Part shown: positions 25,257-35,326 of the stretch, in pieces
Layout of the letters: the number at the start of each line of letters is the position of its first letter
Position numbering within the stretch: position 1 is the first letter of the stretch
DNA from: a virus
Lineage: Duplodnaviria > Caudoviricetes
DNA: 62,874 bases
Direction: 5' to 3' (one strand)
Virus record (IMG/VR): IMGVR_UViG_3300009169_000024
Location: 1-62,874 of that record
Notes under the pieces: generated by a model
The model's database searches: none
The model's input: only the letters and a program-made list of their open reading frames with translations
Told to the model about the DNA's origin: nothing
Program-made: the position numbers and the translations under genes

Positions 25257-27167
25257 ATGGCAACCCGCTTGAAAACAGTAGAGTTCTGGTTTCCTTCCGG
25301 CACGACCGCGAACGACAACACCGACACGGCCCTGACCCAGATCACGGTCTACCTGCCGGAGAACTCCAAGGTTTTCAAGTCGGTGGTGCTGGAGATTGTC
25401 GCTCACGACCGGAACACCACGCTGGGGGATCTGGTGCGTCGGCAGTGCTCGCTCCAGTTAGCGTCGGCTGGTTACTCGACGGTGAACAACACGAACACAC
25501 TCGGAGACGACGGCGCCCAGATCTATGTCCAGTTCAGCGGGGACTACACCTCGTATTTCACGACGAACTGGACAGGGACGTCGATGACGTGCGACGCCAG
25601 TGTGTTGATTGACGACGACACCACATCTGCACTCACGCCATCGTTCGTCAACATCTCGGCGCGGTTGCTCATCACCTACGAGTACGACGCGACGACGACG
25701 ACCCACATCAAGACCGTCCGCATTCCATTGGACTGCCCTGTCGGGGCGATGGGGACGAGTAAGCCGTCTGCCGTTGCGACCATCCCTGCTCTCGACACTG
25801 AGTTGCCAGAGTCGAGTAAGACCTTTCGTCAAACGACCCTCATCCTCCAAGGTAACGACGTCGGCGCATCCACTGACCTGACGTTCAATATGCAGATCGA
25901 CAGCAACACCGCCTACGCCAGCTACGCCTACGAGCACAACTCAAGCTATGGGGCCATGATCCGAATGAACGATACCCAGTCGTTCACCACGAACTCGACC
26001 CACAGCTTCTACGTCTGGTGCTCGTCGGCAGTCGGGAATCATATGCAGGCGTGGCTCGTCGTGACCTACGAGTTCGATTCGACTGCGGCCAGCGATGTGT
26101 TCGTCTCGACCATGCTGCCGCTGACTGACGGGAAGGATTTCGGTGGAACAACCTCGGGCGACTACAACAGGATGACCTCGGATTTGTGGATCGAGGAAGC
26201 CGCAACGATCACAACCAAACAGATCGCAGCCTACCTGTTCTGGGTAGAAGATTACCTCACGGCTGGACTCTACGCCAGAGTCGGGACCGGATCATTCGTA
26301 GCCTACACGGACGCTTCCGGTGCGGCATACAAGGGAACGAGAACCATGATGGTCCGCAACGACTCCGCGCACACCCTGGCGCGGGGCAAGAACACGATCA
26401 TCGTGGACACCTACGCCACTGACGCTTACCGAGTTGGTCCCGGGCTGCAGGGATTCGTTCTCGTCAACTACACCTGTGCAAAGCCGTCCGGTGGACACGG
26501 CTCCGAGAACCATACGATCCAGTGGGTGCTCAGGCCAACCGGAACCGCCGACAACGATGATGGGACCAACAAACGGTATGGTGTGTCCGCGACCGCCATC
26601 ACGATCCCCGAGACAAGCTACTTCATCAGCAACGTGGGGCTGGAGATAATTCGGACCTTATCGGCTCCAGGGTTCGGTATACCCTACGGATGCATGCCGA
26701 CCTCCGTTGAGAGGCTGGCCGGAGAGGGAGGGCACGACTGGGAGGTGCTGCATCATGGCCTGGGCTCATTCTCTGGTGGGCAGGGGATCTACTACGAATA
26801 CGGTTCTTGCCCGTTGGTATTCAAGCGATACCCGAGTGACCCAGAGTCGAGTCGCCTCGACATCGAAACGGCTCGGGTGTACCGAGTAGTGATGCAGTTT
26901 GCCACGTTCCCGTTCTGGCAGCTGTCCGCACTCCTCACCTACCACGCGATCACCTTCACCGTCTCCGGGACGATCAGCGGCTCGGACGCTGGAACCGTGA
27001 ACCTCGCCCTGAATCGGTACTCCGACAACGAGCCCCTGCTGACCACGTCGAGGTCTGGTGACGGGGCGTACTCGTTCACTTGGTACGACAACGTGGACTC
27101 TGTCTACGTCTCAGCCTACGAAGATGCCACGCACACAGGGAGATCTGCGAACGGAACGGCGAGCTGA
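25257..27167 (+). CDS. virion structural protein (636 aa, beta/Thr-rich)
   Basis: Tail module position; C-terminal TVSGTI..GDGAYSF Ig/transthyretin-like domain. Confidence 0.7.
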   Translation: MATRLKTVEFWFPSGTTANDNTDTALTQITVYLPENSKVFKSVVLEIVAHDRNTTLGDLVRRQCSLQLASAGYSTVNNTNTLGDDGAQIYVQFSGDYTSYFTTNWTGTSMTCDASVLIDDDTTSALTPSFVNISARLLITYEYDATTTTHIKTVRIPLDCPVGAMGTSKPSAVATIPALDTELPESSKTFRQTTLILQGNDVGASTDLTFNMQIDSNTAYASYAYEHNSSYGAMIRMNDTQSFTTNSTHSFYVWCSSAVGNHMQAWLVVTYEFDSTAASDVFVSTMLPLTDGKDFGGTTSGDYNRMTSDLWIEEAATITTKQIAAYLFWVEDYLTAGLYARVGTGSFVAYTDASGAAYKGTRTMMVRNDSAHTLARGKNTIIVDTYATDAYRVGPGLQGFVLVNYTCAKPSGGHGSENHTIQWVLRPTGTADNDDGTNKRYGVSATAITIPETSYFISNVGLEIIRTLSAPGFGIPYGCMPTSVERLAGEGGHDWEVLHHGLGSFSGGQGIYYEYGSCPLVFKRYPSDPESSRLDIETARVYRVVMQFATFPFWQLSALLTYHAITFTVSGTISGSDAGTVNLALNRYSDNEPLLTTSRSGDGAYSFTWYDNVDSVYVSAYEDATHTGRSANGTAS

Positions 27168-27180
27168 AGTGAGGTAGCGA

Positions 27181-30100
27181 GTGGCGGCACCGTCCTACAT
27201 TGGCAACGGCGGCATCGCCGCATCCGATAACTCGGCAACTGTAGCTGTCCCTTACCCGTCGCTTCAAGCCAATGACATCCTGATCCTCCAACTGCTGTCC
27301 GCTGGCAGCGGCAGTGACACGCACCAGACTCCTTCCGGATTTACTGAGATCCTCGCCCAAACAAATCAAAGCACGAACATGGACGTGTCGTTCTGGTGGA
27401 AGCGTGCGGTTGGCACAGAATCCGGCAACCTGACCTGCACCCGTAGCCTGTCCAATGACGCTTTCTTCGGCATCATGTCGTGCTGGCGCGGGGCGGTCAC
27501 GAGCGGAACACCGTTCAACGCTGCCGCCTCAATCGTGACCGGTCGCAGTGCCTCCGCGTCGTCGTCCGCGATCACGCCAAGCTACGACTACTCCCGCATC
27601 ATCTGCCTCCTAAGCGTTGAGGACAACCTCGGGAACGGCACGTTTGCCGGCGGCAACTACGCTGAGAACTTCGACCTCTCTACCAGTACTGGCGACGATG
27701 CCGAGTTTAGCGCGTGCTCGTTCGCCCAAACGACCGCTGCTGAAGAAGCGGCCAGGACCTCGACAATTGGCGGCACAGACTCATGGGCCACCTGCACGCT
27801 GGCGCTGTGGAGTGGAACTGGCACAACGCAATCTCTCGCTGGGTCCATAGGAGCAACCGCTTCCGTCACTGGGGATCTCAAGGTCAAGCGCAAGCTCGCC
27901 GGAACAATCGGGGGAACTTCCGCGCTCAGTGGCAACCTCAAAGGCTACTGGCCACGGCTCGGGGACTGGCGTTGGTATGCAGACTCGACCTCCCCCGACA
28001 CGCCGCTCGCCGACGAGAACGCCCTCTACACGACGACCTCTCTTTCTACAATCCTTCGCCTTCGGACGGAGATCGTCATCGAGGGCGGGAAGGGGACATC
28101 CACCCCTGGGACCATCATCATTGAGTATTCCACCAATCTAACCAATTGGTATGAACTCGGATCAACTGCCCATTGGGACTGGGCTGATGGAGCAAATGAC
28201 GATCAAGAGAAAATGGATGGCTATCTCGTAGCCGACAGCGGCAGTAGGTTCGGCTATTTTCACGAGAGCAAGGTTGAGTACACCGACTACCCGAGCGATG
28301 GGGCTGTCACCGAAGAAGACTTTGCTATCGCCCCGACCTCAAACGTCACCACCAACACGACCTACTACTTCCGCATCACCGGCTACTTTGGGGCAACCCC
28401 GGTTCCCAAGGCGACCTACGGGGCCGGGACGTACCCGCAGGCGAAGGTAACTCTGGGGACGACCTACAGCCTGGCTGGGAGCATTGCGGCAAAGGCTGCG
28501 GTAGCTGGGGATCTCTTTGCTGACCACGTTGAGTTTGCCGTCGATCTGACATCTCCTGGATCTACGTTCTCCATCAGTCTCGGCGTAGCAACGTGGAGTC
28601 TCGCCGGGAGCATCGCAGCTCAGGCGGCCCTCTCTGGGGACGTGAAGGTAACGAGGAAACTCGCGGGTTCCATCGCCGCGCAGTCCACCCTCTCGGCTGA
28701 CGCATGGATTCTGCCGCCGCTCCCGTCTGGAATGGTGGCTTGGTTTGATGCGAGTAACTCTGCCAACACGGTAGATGGATCATCCGTGGCATCGTGGCCC
28801 GACCGCTCGGGTAGTGGGAACAATGCGACACAAGCCACTGAATCGAAGCAGCCAACTTTCAGGACTGGCGTCGTCAACGGCAGGCCAGTTATTCGCTTTG
28901 ATGGTGGCGACAGGCTTCAGACCGCCGCTTTTAGTTCCGCGCTTGCCCAGCCAAATACGGTTTTCTTCGTCGCCATGGATACTGGCGAGCAAATTTCTGA
29001 GTACATCACCGACGGGCTGACCACTGATGCCCGTCACGCAATCCTTCTCGGCGGCACGGGAACTAGGACCATATACGCCTACGCTGGGTCATTGCCATCG
29101 CCCGGCGAATGGGGATCTATCGCGTCGTTTCATATTCTCTCCGTGGTATTTGCCACAACGTCATCCGACATTAGACGCGATGGAAATTACATAGCAGAGG
29201 CTCAGTCAGTCGGGACAAATGCCCTCGACGGTTTGACGGTCGGCGCTAGGTTCAGTGATGAGGAGTGGTTCAGCGGAGACATTGCCGAGATCATAGTGTT
29301 CGACAGCGAGTTGTCGCTCGCCAACATCATGGTGGTCGAGGAGTACCTCTCGTCCAAGTACGGGATAGGACTCACCCACGAAATGGCCGGGGCAGTCGCC
29401 GCCCAGTCCGCCCTTGCTGGCGACCTCACCGTCATCGAAGGTAGCACGACCTGGGATCTCGCTGGGAGTGTTGCGGCACAGGTGGCGCTCGCTGGCAACG
29501 CAAAGGTAACGAGGAAACTCGCAGGTAGCATCGCCGCAGCGTCAACCGTTACCGGCAATCTGGAACTCACTGAGGCTCTCTGGAGTCTGCAGGGCGCAGC
29601 CGCTGCTCAGTCCACGGTCAGTGGGGATGCCAAGGTCACGAGGAAACTCGCGGGGGCAATCGCTGCCCAGTCTGCTCTCTCCGGCAACCTCCAGAAGACT
29701 GAAGCGCTCTGGAGTCTAGCCGGTGCGATAGCTGCTCAGTCAGCCCTGGCTGGCAACCTGGAGGTACAGCACAAGACCTGGGATCTCGCTGGCGCAATTG
29801 CCGCCGCATCTGCGCTGACTGGCGATCTCGTCAGCACCGAACCCTGGCAGAACATCGTCCTCTATACACCAGGGTCCGCCTTCAACATTCTTCTCAGCGA
29901 AGGGGCGTTCACCCTTTCCGGTCACATCTCAGCGACCAGCGCACTCGTCGGGGATCTCGAAGTTGAGCACACGCCCATCACCTTCGACCTGGCTGGCACC
30001 ATAGGGGCACAGTCTGCAGTCGCCGGGAATCTACGAATCCCGATGACGTACTACGTCGCGATGGGAGGGACCGCCGCCAATAAGGAGGCAGCAACTGGGC

Positions 30101-33100
30101 CAGAGACTGATCTCTCAAAGTGCATGTCGAACTACTACAACAACGACACGGCGGCCTACGATCCTGGCGATACCGTGTTCGTCACCGGATACGGAGGGAC
30201 CATCGACTACCTCTCCTTCAGGGGAGGGTCATCAAGCGGTCGCGTCAACTACGTCGGGAGTACGAACTATCCAGCCATTGTAGACGGCGCACGAGTCACA
30301 ACCGGTTGGACAAACTACTCAGGGAACATCTGGCAAAAGACCGGGATCACTTGGCATCCTCAGCAGCTATGGATAAATGGGACCTATGGCGACCGGAAGA
30401 CCAGCATCGGGAATTGCGTAAACGAGTTCGATTGGTTCTACGACGAAGCTGCCGATACGATCTACCTCTATGCGGCGAGCGATCCAGACACGCTCTACAC
30501 CAACCCCGGCGTTGAAGTGCCGGAACAGTACGCACCGGCTGGTCCCGGAAGTTACGTCAACGTTGACAACATCACTATTAGGCGCGGCTGTCAGAATGGT
30601 TGCTTCGGATGGAATGTTTCGCACGTCAAATTCACAAACTGCACGTTTGAGTGGTCCTGGTGGAACGGTCTTGGCATACAAGGAGATGCCAGCACCATCA
30701 CTTACGACATCGTCGTTGAGGACTGCGTCGCTCGCTTCAACGGTAACCAGGGGTTATCGTTCCCGTCAATTCAGAAGCAGGTTGGGATCGTCATCCGACG
30801 CTGCAAGGCATATCAGAACGGGACTTTCCAGTTTGCAGATCCACGCTGGGGCGACGACATGCTCTACAGCGGTGGGATCAAGATTTGGAACTATGCCGAG
30901 GACTGCATCATTGAGGATTGCGAGGTCTACAGCAACGGTCCTTCCACGCTCGGGTCGAATTCTCTCTGGTTCGGACAGGGCATCTGGTTAGATGGGGCAA
31001 TCTCGTCCGCAGGCCACGAGAACATCGTGCGTCACAACAGGGTCTATGACAACCACGGGGTCGCGCTGTACTGCGAGCTGACGACCTACTCAATCTGGCA
31101 CAACAACGTCTGCTACGACAACGCCAAGGAGCCGGACACCGGCAACTGGTGCAATGCCTCCATCCGGTGCGATGCCAGAGAGAGCATGCAGTCGAGCCAC
31201 AACAAGTTCTACAACAACACCCTCGTCGGCGGGCAGCACGGCATCGCGACGATGGTGACAGACACGACCGGCGAGGTGAGCTACAACGAATTCAAGAACA
31301 ACATTATCATCGGGACAAACAGCGCAAAGATCAAGGCGACCAACGGTGGCGACAACATCACCTACGGCCACGACAATGTCTACAGCCACAACTGCCTCGG
31401 AGCAGAGGCCACCGGGTTCGTCATCTGGACGACGGCCAAAGACACCTACGACGCCTGGGAGACGGCCTACGGCGGTACAACCAACAGCATCGAAGCTGAC
31501 CCGGTCTTCGAGGATGACGCGAATGACAAATACTGGCTCGCCCCATCCTCCCCCTGCAAGAACGCCGGTCTTGATCTTGGTGACGCCTTTGAGGATGGTC
31601 TCCACTACCCGTCCACCTGGCCCGATGGGGTTGTCACACTAGACCAGGATAGTTACGGCTCCGCCTGGGAGGTCGGAGCATACGTCTACGTTGGGCAGCT
31701 AGCTGGAGCCATCGCCGCTCAATCCGCCCTGACGGGCAACCTGGAGATCAGCGAAGACCTCGTCCTCCAGGGTCAGATCGCTGCGCAGTCGAGCTTGACT
31801 GGTGCCATCAAGCTCACTCAGAAGCTCGCTGGCACCATCGCGGCGCAGAGCAGCCTGGTAGGTGAGGCGAAGATTACGCGGCAACTGGCGGGTTCAGTTG
31901 CGGCGCAATCGTCGCTGACCGGCACGCTCAAGCTGCAGCAGAAACTGGCCGGTGCGGTTGCTGCGCAGTCGGCTCTGGCGGGCGACCTCGGCATCACGGA
32001 AGGAGTCTGGAATCTTGCCGGGACGGTCTCTTCCCTCTCCTCACTCAGTGGCGCACTGAAGCTCCAGCAGCGACTACAAGGGGCCGTCTCGGCATTCTCT
32101 TCCCTCGTCGGCAATCTCCAGGTTCAGCACGCCACATGGGATCTGAATGGTGAAATCTACGCCAGGACGGCTGGGATCGAGGGCGATCTCCGAGTCATCC
32201 GCAAGCTGGTTGGCGCAGAAATCTTCGAGAAGTTCGACGCGATAGCGACTCTCCAGATCGTCCATGCCGTCTGGAATCTTCAGGGGTTGATCTTTGAAGA
32301 TGTGGTGCTGGTAAAGGGCGGCCTGCTTGTCAAGCGGAAGCTGACTGGTGCCATCGCCGCTCAGAGTGCGCTGACCGGCAACCTCCAGTCCACAGAGGCA
32401 GCCTGGAGCCTGGCCGGGTCCGTCGCTGCGCAGGTCACGCTTACCGGCAACCTGGTCAACCTGAGCGACATCCCGAAGCTCCTCCACCCGCACAATAGCT
32501 GGATCAACGTCTACAGCGAGCCGGTCACGCTGACCGAGATCCCTGTCCTGGTCGTCTCGAACGGGCTCCACTACCACTACGCGAGCAGCGTCTACGTCCA
32601 CCAGCAGCTGGTCGTCAGCGATGCTAGTCACTCGCATACGATCCAGAATGTCACGTTTGCCCTCGCTGAAGACGCGCTCGCCATCCTGAGTTCTGCTCAC
32701 GCTCTCACCAGCGAGGAGGTTGACCTCCTCAACTCGCTGCTGATCGCGAACGCCCGCCACTACCACTCGGTGATGAACGTCAACATCCCCTATGGCCCGA
32801 CAGCCAAGGAGGGGATGGGGCTCGTGGATGCTCTCTTCGCGCTCAACGCGACGATGAAGCTCCCGCCGTATCCGATGCACCAGAACGAGCTGCTCAAGTT
32901 CTGCCAGCAGCTCTACTGGCAGCTGCAGACCAACTACATCCCGCAGACCGACCGCATCGAGAACATGACGATGGTCGGCCTTGATGAGCAGCGCCCTGAC
33001 CCGGTTGGCCTCCGGCAGATGTTCTTCGCCACCGACACTGCTACGCTCTACATCGACGTGAAGACAAGCGAAGACAAGGCAGAGTGGTTCTCCATCGCGG

Positions 33101-33501
33101 CAGGGGCAGGGACGAACGAGATCCACGAGGAGACGCTAAGCCAAAATGGTGTAGCTAAATCTCTGTTCTGGTTCCAGGGCATAGGGCGATCTCACGGCTG
33201 CATTCTGAATTACTGGGCTCAAGTGCTGAGCACCGACAATTACGAGGTTGGGGAAACCGGGGCTGTCGCGTTCACGGTTGACTATACCAACAACCTAATC
33301 AGCGTCAGCAAGCTAGGGAGTCCAGCCGTTGTCGCGGCTGGGGGTCTGTCAGCGAGCTTCGTATTTGGTGCTTTTGAATCTGGGTACGGTCATGTGGTGA
33401 CGGTGACACCAACCCTGAGTGGCGGGACATTCGACCATGGGACGATTCACTACTCGCCGTGGTTTGGCAACCTGAGCGAAGTACAGTACGAGGGGTATTG
33501 A
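27181..33501 (+). CDS. large modular tail fibre/adhesin (2106 aa)
   Basis: About 26 LAGxIAAQSxLxGxL repeats; LamG-like domain (AWFDAS..WPDRSGSGNNATQ..GDIAEIIVF); parallel beta-helix (IEDCEVYSN, NNTLVG, SSPCKNAG, WEVGAY); His repeats near the C-terminus. Confidence 0.85.
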   Translation: MAAPSYIGNGGIAASDNSATVAVPYPSLQANDILILQLLSAGSGSDTHQTPSGFTEILAQTNQSTNMDVSFWWKRAVGTESGNLTCTRSLSNDAFFGIMSCWRGAVTSGTPFNAAASIVTGRSASASSSAITPSYDYSRIICLLSVEDNLGNGTFAGGNYAENFDLSTSTGDDAEFSACSFAQTTAAEEAARTSTIGGTDSWATCTLALWSGTGTTQSLAGSIGATASVTGDLKVKRKLAGTIGGTSALSGNLKGYWPRLGDWRWYADSTSPDTPLADENALYTTTSLSTILRLRTEIVIEGGKGTSTPGTIIIEYSTNLTNWYELGSTAHWDWADGANDDQEKMDGYLVADSGSRFGYFHESKVEYTDYPSDGAVTEEDFAIAPTSNVTTNTTYYFRITGYFGATPVPKATYGAGTYPQAKVTLGTTYSLAGSIAAKAAVAGDLFADHVEFAVDLTSPGSTFSISLGVATWSLAGSIAAQAALSGDVKVTRKLAGSIAAQSTLSADAWILPPLPSGMVAWFDASNSANTVDGSSVASWPDRSGSGNNATQATESKQPTFRTGVVNGRPVIRFDGGDRLQTAAFSSALAQPNTVFFVAMDTGEQISEYITDGLTTDARHAILLGGTGTRTIYAYAGSLPSPGEWGSIASFHILSVVFATTSSDIRRDGNYIAEAQSVGTNALDGLTVGARFSDEEWFSGDIAEIIVFDSELSLANIMVVEEYLSSKYGIGLTHEMAGAVAAQSALAGDLTVIEGSTTWDLAGSVAAQVALAGNAKVTRKLAGSIAAASTVTGNLELTEALWSLQGAAAAQSTVSGDAKVTRKLAGAIAAQSALSGNLQKTEALWSLAGAIAAQSALAGNLEVQHKTWDLAGAIAAASALTGDLVSTEPWQNIVLYTPGSAFNILLSEGAFTLSGHISATSALVGDLEVEHTPITFDLAGTIGAQSAVAGNLRIPMTYYVAMGGTAANKEAATGPETDLSKCMSNYYNNDTAAYDPGDTVFVTGYGGTIDYLSFRGGSSSGRVNYVGSTNYPAIVDGARVTTGWTNYSGNIWQKTGITWHPQQLWINGTYGDRKTSIGNCVNEFDWFYDEAADTIYLYAASDPDTLYTNPGVEVPEQYAPAGPGSYVNVDNITIRRGCQNGCFGWNVSHVKFTNCTFEWSWWNGLGIQGDASTITYDIVVEDCVARFNGNQGLSFPSIQKQVGIVIRRCKAYQNGTFQFADPRWGDDMLYSGGIKIWNYAEDCIIEDCEVYSNGPSTLGSNSLWFGQGIWLDGAISSAGHENIVRHNRVYDNHGVALYCELTTYSIWHNNVCYDNAKEPDTGNWCNASIRCDARESMQSSHNKFYNNTLVGGQHGIATMVTDTTGEVSYNEFKNNIIIGTNSAKIKATNGGDNITYGHDNVYSHNCLGAEATGFVIWTTAKDTYDAWETAYGGTTNSIEADPVFEDDANDKYWLAPSSPCKNAGLDLGDAFEDGLHYPSTWPDGVVTLDQDSYGSAWEVGAYVYVGQLAGAIAAQSALTGNLEISEDLVLQGQIAAQSSLTGAIKLTQKLAGTIAAQSSLVGEAKITRQLAGSVAAQSSLTGTLKLQQKLAGAVAAQSALAGDLGITEGVWNLAGTVSSLSSLSGALKLQQRLQGAVSAFSSLVGNLQVQHATWDLNGEIYARTAGIEGDLRVIRKLVGAEIFEKFDAIATLQIVHAVWNLQGLIFEDVVLVKGGLLVKRKLTGAIAAQSALTGNLQSTEAAWSLAGSVAAQVTLTGNLVNLSDIPKLLHPHNSWINVYSEPVTLTEIPVLVVSNGLHYHYASSVYVHQQLVVSDASHSHTIQNVTFALAEDALAILSSAHALTSEEVDLLNSLLIANARHYHSVMNVNIPYGPTAKEGMGLVDALFALNATMKLPPYPMHQNELLKFCQQLYWQLQTNYIPQTDRIENMTMVGLDEQRPDPVGLRQMFFATDTATLYIDVKTSEDKAEWFSIAAGAGTNEIHEETLSQNGVAKSLFWFQGIGRSHGCILNYWAQVLSTDNYEVGETGAVAFTVDYTNNLISVSKLGSPAVVAAGGLSASFVFGAFESGYGHVVTVTPTLSGGTFDHGTIHYSPWFGNLSEVQYEGY

Positions 33502-33510
33502 GGCGACCCC

Positions 33511-33882
33511 ATGTGCAAAGAACGGAGGGCGACGGTGGCGAAGACGGAGCTGAATGGGAATGGGAATGGTGGGCCAAAGACCGTGTGGAGTCTAAACCTC
33601 ACCACGGCGCAGCTCGTGCTCGGGAATATCACCAAGTTCATTGGGGTGGTCGCGATTGTGTACGGCATGGTGAACTGGTCGGCTGGCAACGTCTTCAACA
33701 AGGAACTAGAGCGGTTCCACAAGGAAGCCATCCCGCAGATCGAGCGCATGATCGACTCCCGTGTTGCCCTTCAGGATGCTCTTGCAGCAGCCTCGCTTGC
33801 AGAAAGGCTCGACGAGATCAACCAGCGGCTTGCCAGAATCGAAGGGACGCTCGGCAGGGCGGAAGTGAGAGACTTACACTAA
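33511..33882 (+). CDS. single-TM coiled-coil protein, lysis-associated candidate
   Basis: Hydrophobic FIGVVAIVYGMV; RLDEINQRLARIEG; directly upstream of the endolysin. Confidence 0.6.
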   Translation: MCKERRATVAKTELNGNGNGGPKTVWSLNLTTAQLVLGNITKFIGVVAIVYGMVNWSAGNVFNKELERFHKEAIPQIERMIDSRVALQDALAAASLAERLDEINQRLARIEGTLGRAEVRDLH

Positions 33883-33901
33883 TGGACGCCTGGAGGTAAC
33901 C

Positions 33902-34264
33902 ATGGGTGATCTGACCAAGAACTTCGACCGCGTCGAGTTCGCCTGCAAGTGCGGCTGCGGGTTCGACGGCATCAAGCAACACCACGTCGAGATGCTCCAG
34001 CAGGTCCGTGACGAGGTCGGCTTCCCGATGCCGATCACCTCCGGCTGCCGATGCCTCACGCACAACACGACGGTCGGCGGGGTGCCGGACTCCTCCCACA
34101 TGCGGGGGGAGGCGAGCGACGTGACCTGCCTCGACAGCGAGCGCCGCTTCAAGCTGGTCATGGCGGCGCTGAAGGCAGGCTTCACCCGCATCGGCATCGG
34201 GAAGACGTTCGTCCACATGGACAGAGACCCGTTCTTGCCGCAGCCGAGATTGTGGCTCTACTGA
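33902..34264 (+). CDS. peptidase M15A-family endolysin
   Basis: EFACKCGCG, ITSGCRC..HN..VGG, SSHMRGEASD, FVHMD zinc motifs. Confidence 0.92.
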   Translation: MGDLTKNFDRVEFACKCGCGFDGIKQHHVEMLQQVRDEVGFPMPITSGCRCLTHNTTVGGVPDSSHMRGEASDVTCLDSERRFKLVMAALKAGFTRIGIGKTFVHMDRDPFLPQPRLWLY

Positions 34265-34749
34265 TGCTCCACGCAGAAGTCGTCCACGCCAGCAAGGGGA
34301 ACTGCCACCTGTACGGGACGCAATTCCTCGACCGAGCCGTCAACTTCATCATCAGCTACGACTGCGGCGGAGACCCCGAGTTCCTCTGGCACGAGCTGAG
34401 CAACGACATGCGGTCCAACCCACCATGGAAGCTCTGCATCGTCGGCATCGACGATGACACGGGCGAGGTCTGCGGCCATCTCCTCGCAGAGCTGCAGGCC
34501 CAGTACGGCATCAGGCAGGTCATGATTACTCAGCTTGAGATCACGCATCCCTCGGCGGACATGCGCCGCCAGATGCTGGAAGCGGACTGGCACCTCGTGG
34601 AGGATTGGGCGCGAGCCAACCAGGCCAAGTTCATCAAGTGCTGGGCGATGAACGAGAAGGTCGCCAAGGCGTTCGAGAAGTACGGATTCAAGCCGAAAGG
34701 CGTCACCGTGATGGAGCTGCCCCTGCGGCTCCCAGACAAGGAGGAATGA
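34264..34749 (+). CDS. GNAT-fold protein preceding the internal virion genes
   Basis: TGATG overlap; VEDWARANQAKFI..AKAFEKYGFKP C-terminal GNAT pattern. Confidence 0.7.
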   Translation: MLHAEVVHASKGNCHLYGTQFLDRAVNFIISYDCGGDPEFLWHELSNDMRSNPPWKLCIVGIDDDTGEVCGHLLAELQAQYGIRQVMITQLEITHPSADMRRQMLEADWHLVEDWARANQAKFIKCWAMNEKVAKAFEKYGFKPKGVTVMELPLRLPDKEE

Positions 34750-34750
34750 C

Positions 34751-35317
34751 ATGGGCGGCGGAAGTTCCCACAGCACAACCAATCCGACAATCCCCCCGCA
34801 GCTGAGTGGACTCTACTCGCTGATCGGGAGGGAGCTGTCCGGTTCCATCGGAGACATGCCGCTCTCGAACTACTACGAGATGGACCCGAGGCAGTATGCC
34901 GGGATGAGTGAGGCAGAGATGGCAGCCCTCGGCATGGCCCCTGGCATGCTGAATGCGAGCCCCTCGGCGCAGGCGGCGTTCAACATGGCGTCCAACCTCG
35001 GCAACCTGCGGACCTGGGGCGGGTCGGACTTGGCCGGGGTCGGCGGACTCTCGCCCTTCTCCGGCCCTTCGCCGGTCCAGCTCGGAGGGTTTGGCGGAGG
35101 GCAGGGCGGCCAGCCCCCAGGGGCCAGCCCGCAGCCCTCCGGTGGCGGTGGGATGCCGCCAGTCAACCAGGGATTCGGCTTCGCCGGGTCAGCCTACCAG
35201 GGCGGGCAGGCACCTCCGCCGCAGGCTCCACAAGGCTCCGGGTCTCAACTGGTCCAGCAGCGGCGGCTGCCAATGCCGTTCCAGGCGGCAGTCCCTGCGG
35301 CCTCGGCCTCCAGTTAG
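34751..35317 (+). CDS. ejection/pilot-type protein, N-terminal part
   Basis: MGGGSSHSTT start typical of podovirus pilot proteins; G/Q/P-rich tail. Confidence 0.65.
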   Translation: MGGGSSHSTTNPTIPPQLSGLYSLIGRELSGSIGDMPLSNYYEMDPRQYAGMSEAEMAALGMAPGMLNASPSAQAAFNMASNLGNLRTWGGSDLAGVGGLSPFSGPSPVQLGGFGGGQGGQPPGASPQPSGGGGMPPVNQGFGFAGSAYQGGQAPPPQAPQGSGSQLVQQRRLPMPFQAAVPAASASS

Positions 35318-35326
35318 GAGACGGCC

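Noticed and set aside
32806-32817. Internal start in the fibre gene (AAGGAGG before ATG 32815)
   Set aside because: RBS-to-ATG spacing is only 2 nt.
27181-33501. Diversity-generating retroelement targeting the fibre
   Set aside because: No reverse transcriptase and no template/variable repeat pair differing at adenines were seen.
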